From the NCBI GenBank assembly GCA_030068145.1, contig JAPJBO010001134.1, positions 1,408-65,407 on the forward strand: a stretch of DNA of 64,000 nt, in the 5' to 3' direction. Under the pieces are notes generated by a model. The model was not told the origin of the DNA. It saw only the letters and a list, made by a program, of their open reading frames with translations, and did no database searches. The stretch is from Diplonema papillatum (lineage: Eukaryota). The translations under genes and the position numbers were made by a program. Of the stretch, positions 31,926-43,449 are shown piece after piece. Position 1 is the first letter of the stretch. Every line of letters begins with the position of its first letter.

Positions 31926-33416
31926 CTACTCCAACGGAATAACGTCGCCTTCCTGCGTCCAGCCATAGATGGGCAGAGGCGAATCGTATTCAAGGGGCTC
32001 CGAGTAAGGCACGTTGGTCGGCGTCGTGGTGTTGACGGCGGTCGGGGACAGCGTGAGCGCGATGGCTTCGGGGCCCAGCGCGTGGTACGGCGTGTTGCAC
32101 GGCGTCGGCTTCGCGTAGCAGAGCCCCGGCGGCGCCGCCGCCGCCGCGGGGCGGCCGGGCAGCTGCGGAGCGGGCTGCGCGGGGACCGACGTCGGCCGGG
32201 CCACCGTCGTCGGTGGCTGCTCTGCAGGGCGTTGCGCGGGTTGGCGGTGGGGCTCGGCTGGCGGGCGGAAGTACTGCTGGCGGCCCTGCGACGACGGGTG
32301 GCCGTGCGGCACGGCGCCGGGCTGCTGCTTCGCGGCCAGCGGCGGCGCGGGCGTCGCCGGCGGCGACTGCAGCGGCGGCGGGCGGGCGGCCGGGGGCTGC
32401 TGCCCGGCATCGGCGGCGGCGGCGGCGGGGTGCGCGCGTGGGCGGTGCCTGGCCGACGGCAGCCTGGCGGCGTACGGGCGAGACGGCGGCGCGCTCGACG
32501 GCGCGGCTGAAAGCGGGTCGCTTTCTTTCGTCGGGTAATTCGCCGGCGTTTTGATGGAACCGACGGTGACTTGGCTGCTGGGTGCGTCGTAGGACAGCAT
32601 GTAATCTTCGTTGGCCAAATCGGGTCTCGTCGGCGTGCAACTTGGCGTCACGTCGGTTGCCGGGCTTCCAACCCCACGTTTCGCTGGCGATCTCCGGGCA
32701 CTGAGGCCCCTTGGCCTGCTCAGGCGGACGACATACGGCATTCCCACGGCGCCTGTCGCATTCCCAGCGGCCCCGCGCATCATGGTTCTCGCCCTCTGCC
32801 GTGGCCGTGCGACGTACGGCATTCCTTTGGTTTCCCCGTCGTCCATGAGGGGGGGTCCCTTGCTGCTGTCTGCGGACGAGATGTAAAGCGTGGCAGCCCG
32901 GGTCCTGCCGATGGTTGAAGCGGGTGCACTGTGTTGCACCGGCTGCATCGGACTCTGCGCTGCGGGGATGCTGGGTGGTTCGCGGATGGTCGCGTGCATC
33001 GATGTTGGTATAGACGGCAGGCTCGACGGTATCGTGGAGGCAGATGAGCTGGGCATGGGAGGGTCTGTGGCATCGCCTTCACCTGCGGCGCGGTTCGCTA
33101 ACTGGGTGAGGGTGAGCGGCTTGCGAGCGCTGTTGTCACTGAACCGGGCTGGCGCGCCGTTGGGCGAGCTGGCGTCGGCTGCGTGAATGTTTTCGTGCGC
33201 GGGCTGCTGCGGATGGTTTCGCATTGCGGACGCGAGGCACACCATGGCGCAGACAGCCAACGTCAGCAGCACCGCGAATGCGACGTAGTAGAACGCTTCG
33301 TTCGCCAACAGGCCATCGTATCCGGTCCCGCCGACTGTTAACCACGGTTCCGCTTCGGCCGGAACAACCCCGGCAACTAGAACGACACCAGCGATCGTCG
33401 CTCTGCACAGCGGCAT
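31926..33416 (-). CDS. Putative single-pass membrane protein. It has an N-terminal signal peptide and a transmembrane segment, then a long Pro/Ala/Ser-rich low-complexity cytoplasmic region (mucin- or proline-rich-like).
   Basis: ORF 31926..33416: MPLCRATIAGVVLVAGVVPAEA, then FYYVAFAVLLTLAVCAMVCLAS, then extreme P/A/S/Q bias. The region is very GC-rich, so over-calling is possible. Confidence 0.3.
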   Translation of the reverse strand: MPLCRATIAGVVLVAGVVPAEAEPWLTVGGTGYDGLLANEAFYYVAFAVLLTLAVCAMVCLASAMRNHPQQPAHENIHAADASSPNGAPARFSDNSARKPLTLTQLANRAAGEGDATDPPMPSSSASTIPSSLPSIPTSMHATIREPPSIPAAQSPMQPVQHSAPASTIGRTRAATLYISSADSSKGPPLMDDGETKGMPYVARPRQRARTMMRGAAGNATGAVGMPYVVRLSRPRGLSARRSPAKRGVGSPATDVTPSCTPTRPDLANEDYMLSYDAPSSQVTVGSIKTPANYPTKESDPLSAAPSSAPPSRPYAARLPSARHRPRAHPAAAAADAGQQPPAARPPPLQSPPATPAPPLAAKQQPGAVPHGHPSSQGRQQYFRPPAEPHRQPAQRPAEQPPTTVARPTSVPAQPAPQLPGRPAAAAAPPGLCYAKPTPCNTPYHALGPEAIALTLSPTAVNTTTPTNVPYSEPLEYDSPLPIYGWTQEGDVIPLE

Positions 33417-34164
33417 GCTTGCGCGTGGCGTGTGGAAGGGGGTGTGCAGTGGTGGGCGCTGAAGAGGTCTTCTTCTCTCTTTCTCTCACGTTCGTCTAAC
33501 CTTTCCCGATCGGATCGCTCCGTGTGTGCCCACCCTCTCGCCTACTTTCTCCCAAAGGGGTGGTTCTTAAGTTTGCAAATCGTTTCGGTGAAGCAAAACG
33601 CTTCGCGAGATGCTTGATGTCTTGTGCACAGCGCGTGTCATTTAGAGTACGTGACACGCGAGCAAGGAGTATCAGCCGGTCGATACTTCTGTTTTCGTGC
33701 AATGGTAGTTCTTGGCCTATGGTCTACCTATGTCGTGGCGCTGGAGTGGCAGCCTCCCTGATACTAGAGATACCCGGCACTTACAGGCACCAGGTGACTG
33801 CGGCGAATGGAATCAGTGGGGCTGATTTCATGGGTAGACGCGGCACACTACGCTCGCGTCCGGCATTGTGCAAAGCGACAGATAGTGTTAACGGGGGTTT
33901 TCACCGGACACTCGAGCGAGCTTCGTTACTTCACCACCGAAGGTGTTTCCTGGAAGAGCGATGTTCTCGGCTGTCTCCTACGCACATCTTCTCCGATTTC
34001 GTGCGGTTCCATCGTCGGTGGTCTTCACCGTTTTGCATGCTTCGATTGCATCCACAACACTGAGGGGAAAGCGAATGGGCAAAGAACACTGCGTACTACT
34101 GCCTTGTGCACGAGTGAGAGAGGTAGACGTTCGATTACTGCCCGCCAGAAACTCGAACAAGAAC

Positions 34165-34185
34165 GGGGGGGGGGGGGGGGGGGGG
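34165..34185. repeat. Poly(G) tract of 21 nt
   Basis: Direct read. Confidence 0.95.
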
Positions 34186-36326
34186 CGAGGGCTCTGTAAG
34201 CTTCCCTGCGTGTGCTTCTTTTTAAGTGGTTGAACAAAAGAAAATGGCGCGGCGAGGGAGCTGCGTTATCGTGGAATGGAGGAAGCATGGGGCAAGAAAG
34301 GGAAAGGATGAAGCGTCCATAGAAGGTGTTTGTGGGAAAGTTAGCAAAGTTAGCAGGAAACAGTGTCTGAGTCGCAAGAGAAAAAAGACGGCAAAGGAAT
34401 GGGAATCCGTCTTCTTGACCCAATTGGTGTCACGAGCGAGCTGCCTTCTGCCCACCGTTCAAGTAAAACAGCTTCAGGGCCACACATTCGGGATCACGTC
34501 ACCCAAGGCACACGGGTGTGACTTTGTGAAGAGGTTACTACGTTGGGTCCCCGTATGTGTCGATCCAAACTCAAGGTCTGGCCAACGATTCCCTGCAGGA
34601 TTTGCACCCTTCAAAACCGCCAGATTCGCGTGTATAAATATCTCTGAGGTTTTTCCTGGAGTCGCTCTATTTCGCTGGCTTCGTTGAACGTTCCGTTCCG
34701 GGAAATGTTCCTTTTTGAGTACAAATGTACCACTAATATAATATTATTGGCGATTTTGTTTGTGCGCACCAACAGAACTCGCCTGCATTTTGTAGTACGC
34801 TGTCAACTAGTATATTTTAGAACCAAAAATGCATTCGTAACACGTGTGAGTCTGAAGATTGCGCTTGCCGACTATTTGGTACAGTCGCACGCAAAACAAA
34901 ACCTCGCAACGAAGCAAAGCCCTTCCGATGAGCACACACACATAACCTCTCGTTGCATGCTCCAGCAGCTGTCAGGTACCAATGTCACTGGACAGAAACC
35001 TGGCTGGGGCAAGAGAGGACTCGAATTCGTGAAGCAGGCGGCGCGCGGACGTGTTTGAGAGTGAGAGAGTGAGAGACAGAGAAGATAGCTCCAAAACAGA
35101 CAAATAAGTAAAACTCCTGCGGCTCAACAGCCGAAAGGAGGCATTGGTGAATGCTGGGGAGGTCGGGAAGGGAAGGAGAAGTGCGCGTGACGTTGACGTT
35201 CGAAATCAGCGTGAAAGGCGCGCCACACTGCTTGCTTGGGCCAGTGTGCGCGCATTCCTTTATTTTTGTGCATTGCGTTGTCCAACCACCAGGGATATTA
35301 GTTCGACCCCTTTTTTTCGGAATCTGGAGGGGGTCAGCCTCGGCACAGGCTCTGTCGCACCAGCGCAGTGCCTGGTGTCCAGTGAACACACGTCTGTACC
35401 GAACACGTAGCGTACCGGGTTCATGCTGTCCGACCGAAAGCTTCTTTTTCTGACCCGTCCCCAAACCCGGAAGAAGAAAAATCGTGAGGGGGGTCGTATC
35501 CGCCCCGTCACCCTAAAATAACTCTGCAGGTCCCGTGCGGATGCTGTCGGTCAACCTTGCTGAGATGCTTCGCGCGTGTATGGCGGCTACCTCGTCGCCG
35601 TGTATGAAAGAGCCACAGGTGCGTGATGCGTGTGGGTGAGTTGCCACGGTTTTCAGAATTAAAGTTCGCTTTTCGTTGGAACAATGTGGAACTTAGTTCG
35701 CGCCACCAATCATACCACCAGCCGTGTTGAACAAGTTGATTGGCGAGTTGCCGTCGGTGATGAGGTACCTGTGGGGTGTGCGGTATGGGTTGATCCTGTA
35801 CTTGCCCCTCCACTCGTCACTGTGACAGAGGGAGAGAGAAAGAGACAAAGAGGGAAACACTCCTTATTAAAACAACGATACAGTTCGGTGGGTCTGCTTT
35901 TGCGGGCTTCTGGCTTGTCACGTTGTCGGTTTTTGTGCCTTCGTCCGGATCAAACAGGCGATACGTGACGCCTGAGCCCAGAAGTCTGAAAACTATTGCA
36001 CCTATCTTCACGTCGATTCCGCTGCTCGATAGTAGAAGGCGTTTGAGCTGTACTGTCAGGGACACCTTTCGCCGCGCCTTGTCCCAGCACCGCTGTTCAC
36101 GGTGCAAAGGTAGGTGGCGCGTCCTTTGCTTACGCGGGACGACAAGATGGTGCCGCCTTCCCGTGTTGCGAGCGCGCTGTGAGCAATGGCTAGCGTCCTG
36201 GGTAGAGAAGAGACGGGGTCTACAGTGTACTGTAGGGCAACTAGTGCTCACGGGGAGGCAGGTGAAGTGCGATATAGCTGCGCAAGGGACCTCCTCCAAT
36301 CAGTCAAAGAAGGGCGGAAAGCATAC

Positions 36327-36730
36327 CCCTTGAGGCCCAAGCCTTCGAGAAGCTGCGCCTGGAGCTCAGGCCCGGCCTTCGCCATCGCGAGCACAGTTTC
36401 GGGTCCGATGGCTTCCATGGTGGCGGCGAACTTGTCGGCTTCGATCTGGCTGAGCTTCGAGACCTTCGTCACTTCGATGTCGTCCGCCCTCTTCTGGTAG
36501 TCCAGCGCGGACTTGTTCTTGCCGGTGAGCATTTCGAGGTCAGCCTGCGCAGTGATCCTTTGCGCGTCGGCCTTCAGGTTGGCCTGCTCCAACTCGCTGT
36601 TTGCCTCAATAATCATTGCCTCGGCCCTCGCCTCCGCCTCAGCCCGGGCCTGCCCAGTGGCCTCAATCGCTTCGTTCTCTGCCTGCAGCTTCAGGAACTC
36701 CTTCTTCTGGGCTTCCGACTCTGAGGAGTC
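36327..36730 (-). CDS. MVP: Major vault protein, exon 3 (cap-helix region). Further 3' exon(s) were not located.
   Basis: The acceptor is cacacag|GACTCC. ...EADKFAATMEAIGPETVLAMAKAGPELQAQLLEGLGLKG matches human [37 protein letters not shown]. The next donor, GTATGC, begins at about 36326. Confidence 0.75.
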
Positions 36731-37230
36731 CTGTGTGTTCGTTGAAAACTTTGTATGTGGTCATGTCCTGCCTACCCGAACCGCAGGCTGGTTATCCGCC
36801 GTTGTGGCCAGAATACCGGTAACTCCTCCGGCACAGTTTCTTTTTTAGGAGAGGCCGCTGCTCTTGTTTACGTGATGACGCATCGCAAGCATCGAACAGC
36901 CTGAAGAAGGGTGAGCACTTTGGTGCTTAGGCAGGCATGCATGCTTCATACTAGCGGCTTAGGCAGGCATGCATGCTTCATACTAGCGGGTATTATGCTT
37001 AGGCGGATGCCAGCATCAAACAGGGGGCGGAGTAGTTTGCAAATTTCAAGAGCGTGTGGTGCTTGCGAAGGGGACACAATAAATGGCCCGTAGAAACAAG
37101 TAGCATCAGGTCTTCGGGGGATCTTTGTGTAACGTAGAAGCATGCGCCACTGGAGGCCATTTGTTTTGGGCATCAAGTCGCCGCAGTGGCAAGCTATCTA
37201 AGCTGTCATGCGGGGGGAGAGAGTGCATAC

Positions 37231-38475
37231 GCGTAGCTTTCTCCGCTCCAGCTCGCTGTTGGCCTTCTGAGCCTCTCGCTCGGCGCGGTGACGGGCGGCG
37301 GCTTCCTGCGACTTTGTCATGATCTCGATGGCAAGTTGGACGGACTTCTGCAGTGAATCGCGTGTTCGCTGGTCGACTGGCTCGACGCTCTGAATGTCGA
37401 CGTTGACGATGACCAGTCTGTTCGCCGGAAACTCGAACCGATCCCTGACCTTCTTGGTATCATCCAACCCGAACACCGCGGCGCGGATGATCTTCGCGCT
37501 GTTGCGGTGGAACGTCTCGAACGACTCCATCGCGACCTGGCCACGCACTCTGCCTGCGATGGCCTTGCACGCGTCTCCCACAAAGTCGGGGACGCAGAAA
37601 ATCTTCTTCGCCTCTTCCTGCGGCGTGTTGCTGTCTACGTCGAACTTCCAATTGTACGACAACTTCAACTCCAGCCTCGCGTGATCGCTTGTCTCGACGG
37701 TAATGACATCTGTCATGAAGTCAGGTCCCAGCTGAAGCTGGACTGACTTGATAACGTGCGGCACCTTCGGTGTGTCTCCACTCAGTGACAATACAGTGAA
37801 ACACTCGTCTGGTTCGAGCATAACAAGGTCAGGTCCGAAGATGACCTTAGGCTCCTTTCCGGCGTAATCGTAAACTTGAACAGCGGCGTTGTGTGCGATG
37901 TTCAGTCTGACGGCACGGGTCTTATCCCTGACGGGGATTTGCAGCTTCGAGTCTCTGATGGCGTGCTTTGATCCGCCCAGGTGCAGCAGTTCTTCAACCA
38001 CAGGAGGAACGTCCTTCTCCCACAGCACCTCCTCGGCGGCCCTCATGTGCGCCGTGTTGGTGACCATCGACACCTCGCCTGTGTTCAGGTTGCGGATGTA
38101 AATCCCTTCGTTCTCGTCGAGGGGAATCGTTGTCCGCTTGTCCACGACTTCGACCTCAACCGGGGGAACGTACTCCAGCGGCCCCCGAAGCAGCCATCGG
38201 TCGCCCGCCTTCCGCTGAGTCTTCCCGTCTTTGAAGCCCTCGATCGCTTTGACGAGCAGCGCTTCGTCGGCTCCGAGAACCTGCACGTCGAGCACCTTGT
38301 CTGACACCAGACGCTCGCCCGGGTAAAGGAAGAAGCTGGTGCCTTCGCCCTCCCCACGGCGGATCTCCCGGTGGCCGAACAGCTGCACCCCGTTTTTGAA
38401 CGGGTCGACGACGACGCAGTACTGCCGGTTGCTCAGCGTCGTGATCGGCACAGTCCGCGTCACCTTCTCCGTGAC
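37231..38475 (-). CDS. MVP: Major vault protein, exon 2 (repeats 6-9 and shoulder domain)
   Basis: ORF 37198..38511. The acceptor is cacag|GTCACGGAG. VTRTVPITTL, SFFLYPGE, AGDRWLLRGPLEYVP, VPDFVGDACKAIA and SVEPVDQRTRD all align with human MVP. The exon ends ...ERRKLR, followed by the donor GTATGC. Confidence 0.8.
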
Positions 38476-39064
38476 CTGTGTGCACGGTGTGTGTTTCTGG
38501 GTTATAGCCATGGCAACGTCTGAAGCAAAGCACAGCCATAGACGCGGGTTTTAGTTTTCGCCGCTTGTTTCGGGTCCTGTATAAGAGTAGCGGGCAGTAT
38601 CCTTCGGGGACGGATAGCCATTCGTGATACTGCTTAGGTCCGCCGGCAGGCGCTGCTGCTGCCGACGGCACAAACAAAGTAGGAAAGAAGAGCCGGCAGT
38701 CTGGATCCGTAACTTCGGGAAATCGAATTGGAACTGAGTACACATGCTGTATGTCAGTGCGGGTATAGGTCCGGGCTCAGATTGAAGGTGCTGTGCGTGG
38801 AGCGCTCGGGTGCTACCCTCGGCTCGATTTATTCCGGCATCCTTGCCGGAGCGGTAGTGGGTGGAGTGTGACTTCTGCCCAGCAACGCTGAAAGTTCAAA
38901 AGGTCAACCGTGCAGGTAGCCAAATGCCTCGTCGCGTAAAGACGCGCATGGGTGGGCCAATGAGACTCGTTCTGTGTCTACCTGAAACGAACGACCACGT
39001 GCTGGGTGGGGCGCACAGGATTTGCACAGCCATAGCTTCGAGAAAGAAAGCAGGTGCGGCCTAC

Positions 39065-39907
39065 CTCCGGGATGAACGAGGACGTGTCCTTCGAAGTGAC
39101 CAGCCACCTCTCGCCGGCAGCCCGCTTCTTGCCAAACCCGTCGACGTGGGTGATGAGCGCCTCGACTTCGACAGCTTTGCGGTCGGTTACGACACGCGCT
39201 TCCACAGTTGAGACGACCTCTTCTTCGGCTGCGGGGAGGTAGGCGCCGTCGGACTTGACGAGCCATTCTTCGCCGCCTTTTCTCTGCTTCCCGTCGCGGT
39301 CGACGAAGTCGATGCGCGCCCGCATGTGCAGCGCCTCGTTGGGCTTGATCACCCTCGCGTTGCATTTGGACACGAACTTCACTTTTTCGGTCGGAACGTA
39401 CGTCGCCGGACCTTCAAAAAGCCACTCGTCGCCGGCCTTCCGATCCTTGCCGTCAGCATCGACGAAGTCTTGCTCAGCACGGAGCAGGAGCGCAGTGTTC
39501 CTGGCGACGACTGTCAGCTTCTTGATCGGATGCTCGCTCGCGTCCTTGAGCGCCTCGCCCGGGTACAAGGGGAAAGGGCTGGTCCACTGCCGCCCGTCGT
39601 TGACGCGGACTTCCTCGTCGCCGTAGCGGACCTTCGCTTCGCCGTTCGCGTCAAGCTCCGGCGCGCCGCCGGCGCCGCGCACGCACGGGTTGCCGACGCG
39701 GCAGTACGTCTGCGGCGGCAGCGAGATGCACTTCGACGGGCCTTCGACCAGCACCTCGTGCGACTTCCGCGTGAACGTGATGGGGCCCACGATGCACCGC
39801 GTCGTGTTCTCGTTGTCGTCGAGCACGTGCAGGTACTCGTCCCTGCGCAGCCGCGTCACGACGGCATTCTGCGGAGACGACGAAGGCGGGGCGACGCCAC
39901 GTTTCAT
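39065..39907 (-). CDS. MVP: Major vault protein, exon 1 (N-terminal MVP repeats)
   Basis: ORF 38978..39907. VVTRLRRDEYLHVLDDNENTTRCIVGPITF aligns with human MVP [30 protein letters not shown]. The MVP-repeat motifs FPLYPGE and AGDEWLFEGP..YVP are present. The exon ends ...SSFIPE, followed by the donor GTAGGC. Confidence 0.8.
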
Positions 39908-40924
39908 TCTGGGCGGAGGATCGGTCTTTTGTTCTTTTGGTTCCTTTCCTCTGTTTTCCTCCTAGGTGGGGACGTTCTCAAGTTGCCCGTGTTTGCTGCA
40001 GCCTATTCCTACAGTCTGGGTTTCTAGGTTTTCGAATCAAACCTCCTGTCTGGTGGATCTTCTTGAACTTCCACAAGATTCTGCTCGTCCGCAATCTTGA
40101 GGGCACATTCATTCGGCTTTCTACCCATCTTCGAATTGCCCGTGTTGCCAGAAGCTCGAGAAAAGGGACGAGGAAAGCGAATGCAAACGTGGGCGATGTA
40201 GCGGTGGCGCTGCGGGCTAGTGTTCGGAGGATAATAACCTCGCGTGGGCACCAGTTGGCGCCGTCAGCATCAGTTCTTCCACTGCATGGTTTCGTGGAAG
40301 ACCTGATGGCAGGCGTTGCGTGGTGATTCTGTGCGCGATTCTGCGTGCAATGGATGCGGCTGCAGATACTTCGTGACGGTCAAGCACGTGTAGAGCCAGG
40401 CGGAGACTGCAGAAAACGGACGATGCCCCACACGGACAGGACAGCGCAGCGAGAAGCCGACCCCCGGTCTCTGTCCTGGTCGGTAGCGCCTCGGCAAGAA
40501 GAGCGGTGCTCTGCGTCCGCAACGATGTGTTTGTAGGGCGAGAAAAGGCATATACACAGCGACCGGTGGCACACTAGTCCGAAGTATTTACCTCCTCGGG
40601 CGCATTCGGACCGGCCGCCTTGTACCATTGCTCTCAGGGGAATGCCACCTCGGCTTCAGTGTGGTCACGCAAGCTTTCGGATGTCATTTCGCTCGCTGTG
40701 GACGTTCGGTTGACAGGAAAGGTTCGGTGTGTCACTGCCTCAGCAAGGACCGAGGAGAATAAAATTGTAGACACCCGCGACAAGTCCAGTCTTGAGCCGA
40801 AAGCGTGGCTCGGGACAGCCGTCGAGGTTAGAGCTACCACTTCACAAATACGCCAGCATGACACCACGGTATCTGCATGAACCCAGAGCACGCGATACAG
40901 CTCGAGTAAGTTCCTCTGCGGAGA

Positions 40925-41760
40925 GGAACGGCGCAGTATGTCACGGATTGCGTTGCATCTTTCTCTTCTTATCTCTTGTTCCCAAAGAACATGTCGTTGA
41001 CCTCGTCTGTCAACGACTGGTCGGTGGCAAGATTGGGCAAACCGCCGCATTTCTCACTGCCGAGCGACACTGTCCTAGGCAGAGACCGCCGCAGGTCGCG
41101 CGGACTGGCGAACGGTCTCCTCCGTTTCGGAGTCGAACGTGTTGATCAGGTCGTTCCCGCCTTTCGCGACCGCCGGCAGCGGTCTATGGCCCCGACGACG
41201 CGAGCTCCGCCGAGTCGCTCCGCACGACCGAATCGCTGCCGCGCCAGCCCGTCGTCACCAATGGACAGGCGCCAGCCGCCTCCTGACAGTCCGCGTTTCA
41301 CGGCCGGTTTCAGCTTGAGGCCTCAGCGGGCAGGAGCGGTGCGGTATGTCACGGATTGCGTTGCATCTTTCTCTTCTTGTCTTTGTTCCCAAAGAACATG
41401 TCGTTGACCTCGTCTGTCAACGACTGGTCGGTGGCAAGATTGGGCAAACCGCCGCTTTTCTCACTGCGAAGCGACACTGCCTTAGGCAGAGACACTGCCT
41501 TAGGCAGAGACACTGCCTTAGGCAGAGACCGCCGCAGGTCGCGCGGCACCGTCGACGCGGCAGTGGACTGGCGGCGGACGGTCTCCTCCGCTTCGGAGTC
41601 GAACGTGTTGCTCGGGTCGTTCCCGCCTTTCGCGACCGCCGGCAGCGGTTCTATGGCCAGCACCGACGAGGCGAGCTCCGCCGAGTCGCTCCGCACGACG
41701 GAATCGCCGCCGAAGAGCGCCAACCCGTCGTCGCCGATGGACACTTCCACCGGCGCAGGC
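40925..41760. repeat. Tandem duplication of about 420 bp x2. The second copy overlaps the 3' coding end of the HMG-box gene; the first copy lies in its 3' flank.
   Basis: 40925-41110 and 41340-41560 are near-identical (gtatgtcacggattgcgttgcatctttctcttctt...caacgactggtcggtggcaagattgggcaaaccgccgc...). Confidence 0.6.
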
Positions 41761-42326
41761 TCCTCGGGCGCTAGCCGCCTCCTGACAGTCCGCGTTTCAC
41801 GGCCGGCTTCGGCGTGCCGCTTGGCCGGTCGAAAGGCGGCGGCGGGGTTTGCGGGGTTGGCGTCGGCGTCGTCGCTGCCGTCGTCGATGATCTCGGGCTT
41901 CGCCAGGTGGGCAGCAGCTTTGCGGCGGTTCGGTGCGAGAGGCTCACGAATTGGTCTTTTTTTCGCGTCCTTCGCGCCGTTGTCGTCGCTGTGTAGGTCA
42001 CCGCCACTGTCTGTGTCCCACTCGTGGACCCAGCGCCCGTCGTCCGCCAGGCGCCACGACGTGTTGCGCTGGAACCGCGCGTAGAACGACGCGTCGGAAC
42101 CCTGCCTCGACAGCCCTCCCGCCACCTGCCCTCCCGCCTGATCGGCGGCGGCGGCGGCGGAGGAGGAGGAGGGGGGCTTGCCTTTCCGGGGCGAGCCTGC
42201 TTTGGGCGGCGACTTTCGCCCGGGCGCGCGGCGCGCGTCGCTTGCCTTCGCCTCGCTCTGGGCGGCGGCCACCGTCTTGTACTCGTCTGTCTTCTTGTAC
42301 TCTTCGAGCTCTTGCGCGTAGCGTTC
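41349..42326 (-). CDS. HMG-box protein, 3' exon (end of the HMG box, then an acidic/Ser/Ala-rich tail). Coordinates are within about 2 nt.
   Basis: ORF 41349..42446. ...(K)ERYAQELEEYKKTDEYK completes the HMG box begun in the upstream exon. The acceptor is ...ccccacgacag|A GAA CGC. The tail contains an 18-bp x3 micro-repeat encoding SLPKAV. Confidence 0.5.
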   Translation of the reverse strand, partial: ERYAQELEEYKKTDEYKTVAAAQSEAKASDARRAPGRKSPPKAGSPRKGKPPSSSSAAAAADQAGGQVAGGLSRQGSDASFYARFQRNTSWRLADDGRWVHEWDTDSGGDLHSDDNGAKDAKKRPIREPLAPNRRKAAAHLAKPEIIDDGSDDADANPANPAAAFRPAKRHAEAGRETRTVRRRLAPEEPAPVEVSIGDDGLALFGGDSVVRSDSAELASSVLAIEPLPAVAKGGNDPSNTFDSEAEETVRRQSTAASTVPRDLRRSLPKAVSLPKAVSLPKAVSLRSEKSGGLPNLATDQSLTDEVNDMFFGNKDKKRKMQRNP

Positions 42327-43449
42327 TCTGTCGTGGGGTGTGGGTTGCAGATCTGTTACCGGGGGGCAGACGATCCAAAGGTCTCCCACACTCGAAATTG
42401 GCATATAGCCAGGTGAATAATTTGAGGGGGTGTGACTGGCGCACACGACATGCGCTTCCGACGATTCCGTATGGGCAATACAGGTGGCCGCCTTTCGACC
42501 GTATGTTTGTTTGTGAGGTTCAGGTTTGTACGTGCCGGGTGGCCGGTGGGTGGGGCTGGGATGGAAAGCTGTACTGTATCGGGCTAGAACTCAACTCGTG
42601 CGTGCGTCGTTTTTTCTTAGGCATAGCCGGGGGCACCATTGAAAGGCGGGTGCTTGCAACGACGTGAAGGACAACGCACGGTCGGTTCGAAGTAAGGTGC
42701 TACGGTTCTTGAAGTCCTGAGTCGAACGCACACTCCGCGTGCGGAGTGCTCAGTGAGCTTCCAAATATCGTTGACTATCACTATTTTTGCGGCTTCGCGG
42801 TCGGTCCAGGCTGAACTAGCCATGTCCCCGCCCATTCCTTCCGGCGAAGGACCAACTGGGCTACCGCCGGATCTTTGTGGTTAAGCAATTCAACCGGGAC
42901 CGGTGCGATCACCGAGGCCTGGGAACCCGCGCCGAGGACTGACTCGGCCTCCCACTCAGGCGGCAGTACCTCCTCGGCTTCCTCGGGTTCCGGTTCAACC
43001 GGATACAACGGGCTGCCGTTGTGCACCAGCCAACAGCAAGTGGGACATACCCACGTGGTGTTGAGCGGCGAATCTGTCACGATTGTCCCTGCCCCTGAGT
43101 CGGGACCGCAGGCATGAGGCGATACAAACGCCGCCACAACGCGAACAGTGTCGTCCGTTGGCGACATCATGGGCGGTGTCGCATGATGGGGAAAAAACGC
43201 ATTGTCTTCGTCCCACAGCAGCCGGGCGGCTCGCCGGATATAGTACGACTGGGATGGTATCCCAATCTACGTTCGGTAGATCCATTTGTTCTAGGGTAGG
43301 CACAGCCGGCATATTTCTTGTTTGTGCGTACGTGTGTAAACCCTGTTTTGAGTGATTTAACACAGCACGCTGCCATCCGACACTTTTTGAAATAGACAAG
43401 CAAGCTTGTTACCATAAGAAAATGAGACTGACCCCGCAGCGAGGCATAC

